From a virus (Duplodnaviria > Caudoviricetes), in IMG/VR virus record IMGVR_UViG_3300045135_000807, positions 36-64,035 of that record: a stretch of 64,000 bases of DNA; one strand, given 5' to 3'. This document shows, piece after piece, positions 15,916-26,766 of the stretch (its first letter is position 1; each line of letters starts with the position of its first letter). The notes beneath the pieces were generated by a model that was given only the letters and a program-made list of their open reading frames with translations, was not told where the DNA came from and ran no database searches. The position numbers and the translations under genes were made by a program.

Positions 15916-16166
15916 CAGTCTTTCTTTTTAGCAAATGCTTCTAAGCCCGCGATACCAAAGCTACCAAGAGTCACTATTACAAAAGAATTGTAAGTAAACT
16001 CATTAATAGGTAGGTTCTTACCCCAAAAGCCGCTCATTACATCAGCTACCATTACCAATACCATAACAGCAAACGATAAGAATCCAATGATGGTCTTCTC
16101 ATTATAGCTGTTGTCTTCCTTAAAGATCTCTTTAAAGCTCATAATTTTTGTGATTAGTTGTTTCAT
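15915..16166 (-). CDS. Putative holin
   Basis: 83 aa, two TM helices, basic C-terminus; coupled to the putative endolysin. Confidence 0.6.
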   Translation of the reverse strand: MKQLITKIMSFKEIFKEDNSYNEKTIIGFLSFAVMVLVMVADVMSGFWGKNLPINEFTYNSFVIVTLGSFGIAGLEAFAKKKD

Positions 16167-16198
16167 AGTATTATATGATTAAATTAAATTTTGTTTCA

Positions 16199-19100
16199 TT
16201 ATTTGAAGTATCCTTCTGGGAAGTATCCAGAGAGGTCTGCTCTTGGATCAAAGATGTAAGACTCTTCAATGTCATCAAAGTTTGTCTTTACAATTCTTGT
16301 CACCTCATCAATCTTCTCAAGATTTCCCTTGTACATAGCTACAGTGTATACAGCTTGGTACATTTCTCTAACATCGTCAAGAATTCGTTTTCTGTTTTTC
16401 GGATACTTGGTGGTCAAGTAGTTCTCACCAAAACTCTTCTTGTATCCTTTAACAGCATATCTGAATTGCTGTACCATGTCATACTCGTAGTCACGGATAA
16501 ACTTACGCTCGTCAATAAGCTTAGCAGCTTCCTTAGGTAAGTTCACTTCCTCTAAGTTGAAGTCGTCCGGGTTTAATCCATTAAGCTTTAGAAGACGTCT
16601 TGCTCTTTCAATTTCTTCTTGCTTCTTGGCAGCATCTCTAAACGATGAAGAGATTACTGAAGGCACAAACTTAGACCCTCCGTACTTTGCGTAGTCCATA
16701 ATTCTCTGGAACAAAGGATCAGAAGGATCAGCAATGGGTCGTCCGTACACGTCTTCGTTCTTAGATAAAGACACAAGGTTTTCAGCAGCCATGTTGGCTC
16801 CAAACATATCTCCTGCAACACCACCCCAGTTTGCTACATCAAACACCTCAGCATATGGATCAAATCCAGTGTAGTCGTATACACGAACCTTCAGGTCATT
16901 GTCAATAGATCTTACCCATATCTTATGCCCGTCTAGCCATCCTGGTCTAACAACAACAGCAGCGTCAAGAGCTTTGATTCTAGCTTCGCGCTGCTCTTTT
17001 GTTTCTTCGTCATCGTCAAATCCAAACATTGATAGAATTGAGGCAACAGCAGCTGTTCCATACGATGCTGCTTTAATCAACACGTAAGGAGCTGAAGAAG
17101 ATACGAATCCAATACCAGCCATCTTTCTAGCAATATCTTTTACGTACTCAGCTCTCTGCTCTTTAGACAATGTCTTATCGCTTATCAGCTTACGTACATC
17201 GTCAGTAGCATTAGCAATGATTCTGTATGTACTTCTAAAAGCTTCAAAACGGAAGCCCTGGAAGTCACCAATAGGAGCACGTTGGAAGGCACGACCTACT
17301 TTAGTGATACGCCCCCATGTAGGAGTGTTGTCTTTCACGCGCTCAGCTGCGGCAGCACGAACTTTTTTCTGCTGTGCTTCTGTAAGCTCACCGTATTCCT
17401 TTCCGTACAGCTTAATAGCAAATGATGCACGCTCGTTCTGGTAGATAGACATCTTACCAAAGTCATCAATAGCCGCATAGGTAGTACCTAAATCTGCAAG
17501 TCCTTTCTTAGCCATGTTGCGTAGCCTTGCAACATACTTGTCATAGAAAGACTTATCTCCACTGATACCATAGTAGTATGCGAATCCAGACATACCGATC
17601 TGGTTTACATTGTAAGACTGTCCAATCATTCCGTTCTCAGACATCTCCTCAAGCATTTTCACATACTCTTCATTAAGGTTTAGTGTTCCCTCAGCCATTG
17701 CCTTGATATTTTTAACCTGTTTGATTGGGTTAAACCATCCGTTAGCCAATGAGAAATACAAAGTACCAAGGGCGTTCTTAGTCCAGGTAGGGCTGTTGAG
17801 CAACACCTGAGTCATACGCATGTTCTTCAAGATGAAGAAGTATGTTTGTATGAATCCTCCTACTAACCCTTCTTTGTCTGTATCGTAGATAGGAGTAGCT
17901 TGAATAATCTCAACAATGTCTTTGTGTATCCATCTTGTGTTCAAAGGACTCATAGGATCGTTTACTTGTTTGTAAACTCCTTTATCACGTTCTGTAATGT
18001 CCTTGTTCATCTTGATCATAGGTTCTTTATTAACCCTGTCAAGAATACTCTTTTGCTGTTCCGGTTTTAGATCCTTGAAAGATTTTCTGTACTCTTCTTT
18101 AGCATACAAATCTTTAAGGTTATTGGTAATGCTCTCAGAGATGAGCTCAACCATTTTACCCTTCTCGTAAATCTCAAACAATACCTGACCGGTAGAAGCC
18201 ATAACGGCAATAGGATCTTTAACCTCACCTAGTAGTTCTCTGATATGTACTGGTAAGTCTTTTTTCTCTAAGAATGCACTGTTAGGAATATTAGCTCCCT
18301 TACCTTGAGCACGCATCTTCTTTCTGTTGTCAAGAAGATCGTTATACTCTTTTATGAGCTTGTCAATATTATCCTTCGCTTCTTTTAACAGCAGCTCTCT
18401 CTTAGAGAATCCTTTGTTCTTACCGTTGTCCGCTTTAAGTAGTGTAGACTGGATAGCTTGTTCTCTGGTGTAACCAGCTTCATCCATAAGCTTATTGATC
18501 CAGTTGTTATGCAAGATCATAAACTCAGCTTCTACAGCTTGGTTCCTAGCAGCTTTATCTAGCCCCATCATTCTACCCAAGCGACCAAACTTAAATTTGT
18601 AAGTAGGGTCGTCAAAGAATCTGTACGATCGGTGTAGATAAGTGCCAATGTTGTCAAGGATGTTTTGTCTAGTCTCTTTAGGAAGCTTCTGGAACGTTCC
18701 ATCTGTTGCAAATGCAGCTGAGGTATCGTCAAACGTAGCTCTGATAACGCGTAGATTTTTGAGTATACGCTCTCCATTCTTTAGCTTTAAGATCTCATCA
18801 ACAACAGAAGTTTTATCTACCTCTGACATGTATCTGCTAGCTAGCATCTGAGCTTTTATAGCCTCTGGCTTCTCAATACCTTTGAGCTTTCTTGATATGA
18901 AGTTACCACCTAAGTCACGGTTTAGCTCTCTCAATGCCTTTCCAAGAACCTTCATTCTAAGAGACACCCTTGAAGATCTCTTCTCTTCGTATCTGATAAT
19001 CTCTTTTTGTACTTCCGTCCACTTGAATCCTTTGATAGCCTCCATAAAAGACTTTAGTCTTGATGGATAGTCAAGGTCTTCTTCTGTTAGAGGAGTATAC

Positions 19101-22100
19101 CCCTGTTCTTTAACAAAGTTATCTTCAGCGTCTTCAAGCAATACATAGTCAATATTTGGTTCAAAAACTCCTATGTTTCCATCTGTGCGCAATCTTGGGT
19201 TTCCAATTGAGGTGTCTAGCACAGACATTTTTGAAGACATTTTTGAAGCGGCATTTGAAGCTGATTGAACTTTTGCTGCTTCTGATTGAGGAGCGAATAT
19301 AATTACATTTGTTCCATATCTACCTGTATCAACAACCATTGTTCTAGCCCATTCAGCAGCAGATATACTTGGGTCAACAAAAGTAACATATGTAACGCTG
19401 TTAGAAACATCTAGAACGATGTGTCCTATTTTGTTTGAGCCATTTATCTTGAGCTTGTTTATGAACTGTGCCGCATCAGATCCTCCTCTAAATGGATTTG
19501 GCCTTTCACTTTTAGGGGCATAAATCTCTTTTCTTGAAAAGCTGTACACCGGTACTGTAACAGTATCTTCGTACTTAGCAACATCTGGAGTTGCAACACG
19601 ACCTTTGTCTGTGAAGGTTACAAATTTACCACTGTCTAGATTCACAATTAAACCGTCCATGAACTCAACGCCAGGAACATTGTCAAAATATTTCTTAAAC
19701 GTAGCGTAAACTTTTTCGTCACCTGGGCTTTGTATCAAGCTGCCTGAAGGGTGATTGTGTACAAATGTTACAAACACCTTTTCACTTTTCATATCAAATC
19801 TAGCAGAGTCAACAGCAGCAGCTACTTCTAACTCATCAACTACTTGAGAGCTCTGAGTACCCGTGCCTAGCCATATCGTTCTGTAATCGCCATCCTGATT
19901 GGTTACTACTAAGAATCCATTTTCAGAAGCAGCAGACTCAAGGTGTCTCAAAAGAAACGCTACATCAGCAGGGCTCTGAATCTTTTCTGGGCCTGTCAAC
20001 TTAAACGAATCAATCTCTTCGTAGATTCTTTGCTGTAGCGTGAACTCTTCTTGTTTGTTCTTAGACACCATTGAGCTGGTAAAACGTATAGGCCCAAGCT
20101 CTTTTGAATTTACTACTTGAGTTTTCTGTTTAGTATAAGCACCAGAAGGAGCAATATCCGCATCAACAAGCTCTTCCGTCTTAGGGAATTTAACAGCAAC
20201 TACCTCTGAATCATCTGTAATAGCTTTAAAACCTAGAGCCTTAGCGACAGCATCTTCTGTTTCATTAAACGCTTTAGCAACAGCTGAAATGTATTGTTTC
20301 TCTACGTCAAATCCTTCTGCTTTCAGGTCTTTAATGCCCTGAGGCAATGTGCTTTCGCTAGCGTAATCACTAAAGTTGTCAGCTTCGTATCCATCCATCA
20401 CCAACTTCTTAGCACCCTTACCCTTACTCAATGTATCAAAGGCCCGTGCTTTAGTGATCATATCAAATCCATACATACCATTGTTACCCCACTGAACTTG
20501 ACCAACTGTTTCAGGTTTAAATCTCTTTACCTTTCCATTTGATTCATCTCTTTCAATCCATGGGTTTGGCAAACGAAAGAAGAAGTCTTCCTCTAGTGCT
20601 GATACAGCCTCTATACCTTTTAAACCTTTGTATTCAAATTCCAGTACATCCTTTACACTTTTAGCTCTGTTTTTATCACTTCCGTATATATGGATGTTTT
20701 TAGGAGCGTCTTTAGTGCGCTTTCTTTTTGGATTTTTATCGTACCCGCCTTCGTAGATGTCTAGTCTTACAGATATGCTAGATCCCAGGTTCATTACCTT
20801 CTTAGCTACCTCCCACCATTCTTTATTAGGAACAGTAAAAGGCTCTCCTTTTTTTGTAACGTAGAAGTTCTTTAAGTCCTCAGCAGGAGGTACATATCCA
20901 GCAGCACGCTTAGCCTCTTCGTCTGTCAACTGAACACCAGCAATCACCGTTGGCTTACCCGTATCTTTTTTCTCAGATTTCTCTGTGTAGTTTTTAAGCT
21001 TAACGAACTCGCTGTCATCCATCTGCTTGATAGCATCTGCAAAAGTCAATACCTTACTTACGCCATCAATAGTCACAGTGTCAAACAATATCTTGTTTAC
21101 ACCAATAGGATCCGTTTTTTCTTTTACGTAAGATTTAATAGCATCAATTGCCTTCTTACGGGAGTCAATAAGCATGTCCTTAGGTCTAGCTTCTTCTGGT
21201 ATGCTGTTGATCTGTGAGTTGTATTTCTTTACAAAATCAATGATCTGTTTCTTAACCTCCTGAATATCATTCATTACATATCCAGGTCCAACAAATCCGT
21301 ACTTTGTTTTAGGATTTGCCTCTTTAAAAAACTTCTTCTTTTTTGATCCAGGTTTGTCTGCCTCAATCATTACAGCAATACCAAACTTGACGACATCACG
21401 AATTCTCTTTACATCAGGGTCCGAATTCAAGCTCATAGAAGTACCACGCTCAGCCTCAATAATATCTTGCTTACTAGGTATTGACTTTGTTGGTGGTGTC
21501 AAAGGCTCAGGCTTAGTAGTAGCTTTTTCTTTAGGTTTAGTTGCTGTTACTTCTTCTTTCTTTAAGCCAGCGTCTATTAGGATTTGATCTTTTGTAAACT
21601 TATCAGAGTTTGCAGTGTATTTACTTAAAGACCCTCCAGCTTTAAGGCTGTTGAGAATATCTTGCTGACCACTACCTCTGTTTATAGGTATTGCCTTCCA
21701 TGCTCTCTTAGGGTGTATCTCTCTTCCTCCAAAGTACTCTACTTTGTCATTCTTCATTCTAAACCTTTCAATGCTGTCTAAAGGTTTTGATACAAGCTCG
21801 CTTTTTGGAGTTTCTTTTTCTCCGTTGAGTACTTTTTGGTTTTGTATTTCTGTATTTATAATAGCAGCAACAGCCAACTGAATGAAACTATCTGGTTCCA
21901 TTTGGCCCTTGATGGTTCTAGCGTAGAACTCTTCCTCGTTTCTATAGAACGGAGCTTTGTTACCAGACATTATCTCACCTCTGGCTGCAAGGCGAGAAGC
22001 GATATCTAATTCTAGACCTGGCGATGGAGTTCCTCCTGGTCTTAAACTAGGTATAGTTCTGCCCTCTAAGTCTTTATTTGTTTCACGCTTTTTCTCTAAG

Positions 22101-24442
22101 CTGTCTTCTTCTTCTTTTTGTTCAACAGCTGGCTTGACTTCAGCTTCAGGAGCTGGCTCAGGCGTGGGTTCAGGAGTTGGATCAGGTGTTACTTCTGGTT
22201 CTGGCTGTTGTTCTGGAGCTTGCTCAGTATCTGGAGCTGCTTCTGGAGCGGGAGCGACTTCAGCTTCTGGAGTCGGGGCAAGTTCTGCGTTGATTTCTTC
22301 ATCTTGTTGTGCTAAATTTTCTAGTTCTGTTTCTAACTGTTCATCAGTGTACTGAGACATGATGATATTGTAGGCAATCTCGTCACCAGCTGTGCCTCTG
22401 AAGGTACGTTTAGTGCCGTCTGCTGCATCCAAAGTAACAGACTGAATGTTACCGTCTTCATCACGGTTGATGGCCGCTAGAGGATTACTATAGTTGTTAG
22501 TGTATTTCTCACCACGTACAGTAATCTCATTGCCTTCCATAGAAACAATCTCCTCAGCTTTAGCTAAGCCTAATGTACTTGCTTCTACTCCTTTTAGATC
22601 ATCAATGTTTCCTAGCTCAATGATGTTACCATCATCAGTACGAACAGCCATCTTGCCGTTGCCCTCATCAATGATTCTACCCATTTCTGTTTTACCAGTA
22701 GGGGTTTCAAAAGTTACTCGTTGAGACAACAAGTCTTCAAAGCTAGCCGGTTGAGCTTCTTTAGGTACTTCAAGCTCCATCTCAACTGGAGTAGGCTCTT
22801 CTTCTGGAATAAACTCTTCCTGTGGTGCAGCTGGTTTAACCTTACCTATAACCTCTTGCTTCTTAGCTTTAAGCTCGTTCTCTACATCTACGATTTGTGA
22901 TTGGATAACATCTTTTGCAGACTCAGATTCTACATTCTCTAGCCTTTGTTTCTTGTCAGCAAGTAAAGCTTCAAGCTTTCTGATTTCGTCTAGCTGTTCA
23001 GTTGTAGCATTATTAATCAGTAAGTTCTCTTCCTCCTTACGATACTTGGACTCAATCTTTTCTTTTTCTGCGTACAGCTCTAAAGATTGTGACTGTAATA
23101 AAAATTTAATCTCTTGATCTGAAGTAAGACCTCTTTGCTTTTCAATGCTGTTTAGCTCTCGGTCAATAGCTCTTACTCTATCTTGATCGTCTTTAGAGAA
23201 TGTGCTGAAGAACTCTGCGTCTTGATCAATCAATGTACGCATAGCAGATACATTCTTTTTGATCATGCTGTCAATAGTAGCAGCTTCTTGAGGAGTAGCT
23301 TCAGACTTTTTTTCTTTTAGGTCTTTGATCTGTTGTGCATTTTTTGAACGTGCCTTTTCGTTCTTAATAGAACCTCGGGCATTCATACCATTAGCTGTAA
23401 CAATAGTACCGCCACCAGCAACAAAACCTACCAAGAAATCGTCAATAATTTTATCTACGTCAATGTCTTTACCTTCTTTAATAGAGGTAACCATTTGATC
23501 AAAAGAAGTAACCATAGCTTCTTCAAGACCTTCCTCAACGCCGCCTTTAAGGAACTCCTTATAAATGTCGCTTTGACGAACAGATTGAATAAATGAATTG
23601 CGGTATTGATCAACTGCTGCCTGTTTAGAGAATATCTTTCTAAATGCAGCAAGGTCAGATCCACCCATCTTTTCTGCCATGGCCTCAACAATACCTGAGG
23701 CATTAGCAAACAAAAGCTTTTCTAATGGTGAGTATGCTGGGTTATCCTCAATCTCACGGTACTTAGAACCGGCGGCACTAGCTGCAACAACTCCTACCCC
23801 AGTAGTGGCCGCTAAAGCAATAGAAGGAACAGATTCTGTAGCACCACTAAACAGCAAGAACGCAGACTTTCCGTACTCACCTTCTCTAGCTAATCCTATA
23901 ATACCTTTGTATGAATCTTCTTTACTGATTCCCGCTTGGGCGTTACGGGTGTCACGAATGTACTCTTGGTTATTTGCAAAAAGATCTGCAGCCTTCTCGC
24001 TCCAGTTATCCTCCTCTTGCTGTACATAATTCAACTTATCATTAAAATTACCACCAGGCATCATCGCAGCTCTGGTGTAATCAAGAGTCATGTTAGCATA
24101 ATCAAGTATGCCGCCAACAAGAGAGTTGGACCCAGCAACAAGCTCAGCCAATATTGGTGTCTTTGCTACTGCCTGGCCAAAGGCCTGATCAACTTCTTTA
24201 AGCTTCTCAAAAAACGGGTTAGGTACTGGCTCTGTCTCAACGACTGAAGGTGACTCTCCACCCAAAGATGGTGAAGGAGTAACTTCTTTTTTTTTTGGAG
24301 CGTAATCTACCTGACCTTTATATACAGGGTACTTATCTAATATCGCTTCTGTTAAAACAGTATCATCATATTCCTTATATTCTGGATACTTTGCTTTAAT
24401 CTGAGCAGCGAACTCCTGTACAGATAGCTTTTCGTTAGGCAT
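16199..24442 (-). CDS. Large (2747 aa) internal virion / polyvalent protein with a RadC-JAB domain
   Basis: Last of the internal-protein genes; hydrophobic Gly/Ala N-terminal helices, P/E-rich linker, HNHPSGSLIQSPGD JAMM motif (HNHPSG at 19742-19759). Confidence 0.75.
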   Translation of the reverse strand: MPNEKLSVQEFAAQIKAKYPEYKEYDDTVLTEAILDKYPVYKGQVDYAPKKKEVTPSPSLGGESPSVVETEPVPNPFFEKLKEVDQAFGQAVAKTPILAELVAGSNSLVGGILDYANMTLDYTRAAMMPGGNFNDKLNYVQQEEDNWSEKAADLFANNQEYIRDTRNAQAGISKEDSYKGIIGLAREGEYGKSAFLLFSGATESVPSIALAATTGVGVVAASAAGSKYREIEDNPAYSPLEKLLFANASGIVEAMAEKMGGSDLAAFRKIFSKQAAVDQYRNSFIQSVRQSDIYKEFLKGGVEEGLEEAMVTSFDQMVTSIKEGKDIDVDKIIDDFLVGFVAGGGTIVTANGMNARGSIKNEKARSKNAQQIKDLKEKKSEATPQEAATIDSMIKKNVSAMRTLIDQDAEFFSTFSKDDQDRVRAIDRELNSIEKQRGLTSDQEIKFLLQSQSLELYAEKEKIESKYRKEEENLLINNATTEQLDEIRKLEALLADKKQRLENVESESAKDVIQSQIVDVENELKAKKQEVIGKVKPAAPQEEFIPEEEPTPVEMELEVPKEAQPASFEDLLSQRVTFETPTGKTEMGRIIDEGNGKMAVRTDDGNIIELGNIDDLKGVEASTLGLAKAEEIVSMEGNEITVRGEKYTNNYSNPLAAINRDEDGNIQSVTLDAADGTKRTFRGTAGDEIAYNIIMSQYTDEQLETELENLAQQDEEINAELAPTPEAEVAPAPEAAPDTEQAPEQQPEPEVTPDPTPEPTPEPAPEAEVKPAVEQKEEEDSLEKKRETNKDLEGRTIPSLRPGGTPSPGLELDIASRLAARGEIMSGNKAPFYRNEEEFYARTIKGQMEPDSFIQLAVAAIINTEIQNQKVLNGEKETPKSELVSKPLDSIERFRMKNDKVEYFGGREIHPKRAWKAIPINRGSGQQDILNSLKAGGSLSKYTANSDKFTKDQILIDAGLKKEEVTATKPKEKATTKPEPLTPPTKSIPSKQDIIEAERGTSMSLNSDPDVKRIRDVVKFGIAVMIEADKPGSKKKKFFKEANPKTKYGFVGPGYVMNDIQEVKKQIIDFVKKYNSQINSIPEEARPKDMLIDSRKKAIDAIKSYVKEKTDPIGVNKILFDTVTIDGVSKVLTFADAIKQMDDSEFVKLKNYTEKSEKKDTGKPTVIAGVQLTDEEAKRAAGYVPPAEDLKNFYVTKKGEPFTVPNKEWWEVAKKVMNLGSSISVRLDIYEGGYDKNPKRKRTKDAPKNIHIYGSDKNRAKSVKDVLEFEYKGLKGIEAVSALEEDFFFRLPNPWIERDESNGKVKRFKPETVGQVQWGNNGMYGFDMITKARAFDTLSKGKGAKKLVMDGYEADNFSDYASESTLPQGIKDLKAEGFDVEKQYISAVAKAFNETEDAVAKALGFKAITDDSEVVAVKFPKTEELVDADIAPSGAYTKQKTQVVNSKELGPIRFTSSMVSKNKQEEFTLQQRIYEEIDSFKLTGPEKIQSPADVAFLLRHLESAASENGFLVVTNQDGDYRTIWLGTGTQSSQVVDELEVAAAVDSARFDMKSEKVFVTFVHNHPSGSLIQSPGDEKVYATFKKYFDNVPGVEFMDGLIVNLDSGKFVTFTDKGRVATPDVAKYEDTVTVPVYSFSRKEIYAPKSERPNPFRGGSDAAQFINKLKINGSNKIGHIVLDVSNSVTYVTFVDPSISAAEWARTMVVDTGRYGTNVIIFAPQSEAAKVQSASNAASKMSSKMSVLDTSIGNPRLRTDGNIGVFEPNIDYVLLEDAEDNFVKEQGYTPLTEEDLDYPSRLKSFMEAIKGFKWTEVQKEIIRYEEKRSSRVSLRMKVLGKALRELNRDLGGNFISRKLKGIEKPEAIKAQMLASRYMSEVDKTSVVDEILKLKNGERILKNLRVIRATFDDTSAAFATDGTFQKLPKETRQNILDNIGTYLHRSYRFFDDPTYKFKFGRLGRMMGLDKAARNQAVEAEFMILHNNWINKLMDEAGYTREQAIQSTLLKADNGKNKGFSKRELLLKEAKDNIDKLIKEYNDLLDNRKKMRAQGKGANIPNSAFLEKKDLPVHIRELLGEVKDPIAVMASTGQVLFEIYEKGKMVELISESITNNLKDLYAKEEYRKSFKDLKPEQQKSILDRVNKEPMIKMNKDITERDKGVYKQVNDPMSPLNTRWIHKDIVEIIQATPIYDTDKEGLVGGFIQTYFFILKNMRMTQVLLNSPTWTKNALGTLYFSLANGWFNPIKQVKNIKAMAEGTLNLNEEYVKMLEEMSENGMIGQSYNVNQIGMSGFAYYYGISGDKSFYDKYVARLRNMAKKGLADLGTTYAAIDDFGKMSIYQNERASFAIKLYGKEYGELTEAQQKKVRAAAAERVKDNTPTWGRITKVGRAFQRAPIGDFQGFRFEAFRSTYRIIANATDDVRKLISDKTLSKEQRAEYVKDIARKMAGIGFVSSSAPYVLIKAASYGTAAVASILSMFGFDDDEETKEQREARIKALDAAVVVRPGWLDGHKIWVRSIDNDLKVRVYDYTGFDPYAEVFDVANWGGVAGDMFGANMAAENLVSLSKNEDVYGRPIADPSDPLFQRIMDYAKYGGSKFVPSVISSSFRDAAKKQEEIERARRLLKLNGLNPDDFNLEEVNLPKEAAKLIDERKFIRDYEYDMVQQFRYAVKGYKKSFGENYLTTKYPKNRKRILDDVREMYQAVYTVAMYKGNLEKIDEVTRIVKTNFDDIEESYIFDPRADLSGYFPEGYFK

Positions 24443-24463
24443 ACTTAATGTTTTTTATTAAGG

Positions 24464-25828
24464 TTATGGAAGGTTCAATCCTAAACTTCCCACGCCTTGC
24501 GAAGTTACGGAATTTCCAGTTACCCCTATTGGATCCATTACGTCTGTAGCTAAAGGCAGTGCGCCTTGCTGTGCTTTTTGAGCAACACTTCTAAGACCTG
24601 GATTACTCATGATCTTAGCTTCTTCATCTGGTCTTGCTGGACGTACAGTTGTGTACACATCTCTGTTTGAGTCAACGTCCATACCAGGCATGTTGCCAAT
24701 AACAGCCATTACACCTGGAGGCAATGACATACCTTTTTCATCCTTGAATCTTCCTTGTACCTTAATAAGCATGTTTCCATTCTTATCATACATTACTTCT
24801 AAGATTTCTTCCTTGAGCTCTTTAGCTCTACCGGAAGCGTCTTTAGCTGCATCGTATTTGTTAGATGTTTCAATGATGTCTTTTTCTGGTATAGGGAATG
24901 CTGTAATATCTGTTGCAATACCACTCTTAGTTCCAAATACCATTAATGATGGCACTCTATATCCTCGTACATTTTCGTAAGACTCAATAGCTTTACCCGT
25001 CTCTGAAGTAGGTTTAGTGCTACGTGGAATACGAGACAAAAAGTCTTGAATTGCTGCTTCATTGTATCGCTCTTGCATAGCAATCTTACGGTCATCTGGT
25101 TGTCCAAGTATAAACTGTAGTTGCTGTTCGTTGCGAATTTGTTTTTCTCTACCAATAAGACCCATGTCAATGCCGCCCCATACAACAGCTTTTGTAAGGT
25201 TGTCTGATCCAGGGGCATTAAGACGACTGTCTAGGATCTCACGAGCAGCACGTTCTGCTCCCGCTACATTGACAACGCCTGTATTAGGATTGGTGAACTC
25301 ATTATTGATACGGTCAGACAAATCATTATATATCTGACCACCAGTTGTAGTGGGATCATTGATTTCAAATTCCCTACGCTTTGGCAACACATACTCATTA
25401 AGAGCTAATAAGCTGTTTGCTGTTTGTGGTGTGTATCGGTAGATGTTTGATGTAGCGTCATACTCATCAAAGTTTACACCAAAAGAACCAGGATCAGCTC
25501 TAAATGCAGAGGAGTTTTCGTGGTAACTTTCTGTAAGAAACTTAGCCTTTCCCGCTGTTTGCGAGTACTGAGCATAAGCATTGTCTAATGCCCTACGAGT
25601 ATTAATATTATCGTCTGCTGCAACTTCACGCATTGCAGACTCAACATCATTCCACGTTGACTGAACAGCAGGCACAAAGCCTTCTAAATAGTTCTCTCCC
25701 GTTTGCTTATAGTCCTTGATGTAATTATAAGTAGCGGCCTTTTCTTTCTTCATCTGTGCTTGGCGCTGTTGAGCCATGCCCAGGAAGTCTGGTGTTTGAA
25801 TTATAGTGCTTGGTACAAAGTCTGCCAT
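24464..25828 (-). CDS. Putative internal virion protein
   Basis: 454 aa, helical; lies between the tail genes and the giant protein. Confidence 0.55.
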   Translation of the reverse strand: MADFVPSTIIQTPDFLGMAQQRQAQMKKEKAATYNYIKDYKQTGENYLEGFVPAVQSTWNDVESAMREVAADDNINTRRALDNAYAQYSQTAGKAKFLTESYHENSSAFRADPGSFGVNFDEYDATSNIYRYTPQTANSLLALNEYVLPKRREFEINDPTTTGGQIYNDLSDRINNEFTNPNTGVVNVAGAERAAREILDSRLNAPGSDNLTKAVVWGGIDMGLIGREKQIRNEQQLQFILGQPDDRKIAMQERYNEAAIQDFLSRIPRSTKPTSETGKAIESYENVRGYRVPSLMVFGTKSGIATDITAFPIPEKDIIETSNKYDAAKDASGRAKELKEEILEVMYDKNGNMLIKVQGRFKDEKGMSLPPGVMAVIGNMPGMDVDSNRDVYTTVRPARPDEEAKIMSNPGLRSVAQKAQQGALPLATDVMDPIGVTGNSVTSQGVGSLGLNLP

Positions 25829-26748
25829 TACTTAAATCTTTTTTGCTTTAACAGATTTCTAAAGTATTTAGACTCTTTAGATATAGCCTTCGCTTGTTTT
25901 GGATTCAATACGTATTCTCCTCCCGTCATTTCACCAACAACTTGTCCGCCCTGCATCATGTAGATAGGATTAGTATCGTGGTTAAACGCACCATCAGTTA
26001 CCATACCTCCAGATTGAAAATTATTCATTTTTTGTATTGCTCTCATGGCGGCTTCTTCTTCCTCTGGAGTAAGCGTTCCTAGTCCTGCACTATTTGGCTG
26101 ATACATACTTAAAATTGCTTGAGTATCAACTTCAGGTAACCCGGCATTTACCTCTGGCATTTGAATATCAACTTCTTTTGACGGAAGTTCAAGCATATCT
26201 ACTTCTGGAGTTAGATCTGTTTTATTAGAACCGTCACTGATAGATGCACCGTACCCAATAGCAGAACCAATATCAGCGATACCTCCTACAGTATTTTGAA
26301 CACCTGCATTGATAGCTGCTTGAGCTAATCCTTTTTCTTGCATCTCACGCTGCGTGTCACGAGCAATCTGACGCTCAGAACCCATAGCGCTAGCTCCCAG
26401 AGCACGCATAATATCTTGTTGCTGTTGACCTAGTAGCTGATTGGTTGCTGTTGTTCCTGCTTGAGTAACTTTTCCAATACCTCCAATCACAGCTCTTGAA
26501 CCAGCTTGTTGCAAAGCATCTGTTGAGGAAGCTAAGCTGCGGTTGATAGCATCAATACGAGCTTGTACAGCTTGGCCTTTCTTTGCTTCTCTTAGCATTT
26601 GTGCGTACTCATCAGGCTTCATGCGTGAAGCTTCTTGCACACCTGCTAGCGCTTCTCTACCAGCACGCTGCTGATAAAGGCCATAGCCAGTCTTACCTAA
26701 CCCGGCAAGTCCCTGAGCTACAAGAAGTGAAGTGGTAATTGGATCCAT
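25828..26748 (-). CDS. Putative internal virion / ejection protein
   Basis: MDPITT... start, Gly/Ala/Gln-rich hydrophobic N-terminus; C-terminal EMTGGEYVLNP. Confidence 0.6.
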   Translation of the reverse strand: MDPITTSLLVAQGLAGLGKTGYGLYQQRAGREALAGVQEASRMKPDEYAQMLREAKKGQAVQARIDAINRSLASSTDALQQAGSRAVIGGIGKVTQAGTTATNQLLGQQQQDIMRALGASAMGSERQIARDTQREMQEKGLAQAAINAGVQNTVGGIADIGSAIGYGASISDGSNKTDLTPEVDMLELPSKEVDIQMPEVNAGLPEVDTQAILSMYQPNSAGLGTLTPEEEEAAMRAIQKMNNFQSGGMVTDGAFNHDTNPIYMMQGGQVVGEMTGGEYVLNPKQAKAISKESKYFRNLLKQKRFK

Positions 26749-26752
26749 ATTG

Positions 26753-26760
26753 CAAATTTA
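26753..26760 (-). promoter_or_regulatory. TAnnTTTG -7 promoter box
   Basis: TAAATTTG 4 nt upstream of the ATG at 26748. Confidence 0.6.
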
Positions 26761-26766
26761 CGTATT

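Noticed and set aside
23450-23475. DIDVD in the 2747-aa protein as a virion RNA polymerase DxDxD motif
   Set aside because: It lies in the hydrophobic helical N-terminal region with no double-psi beta-barrel context that I can recognise.
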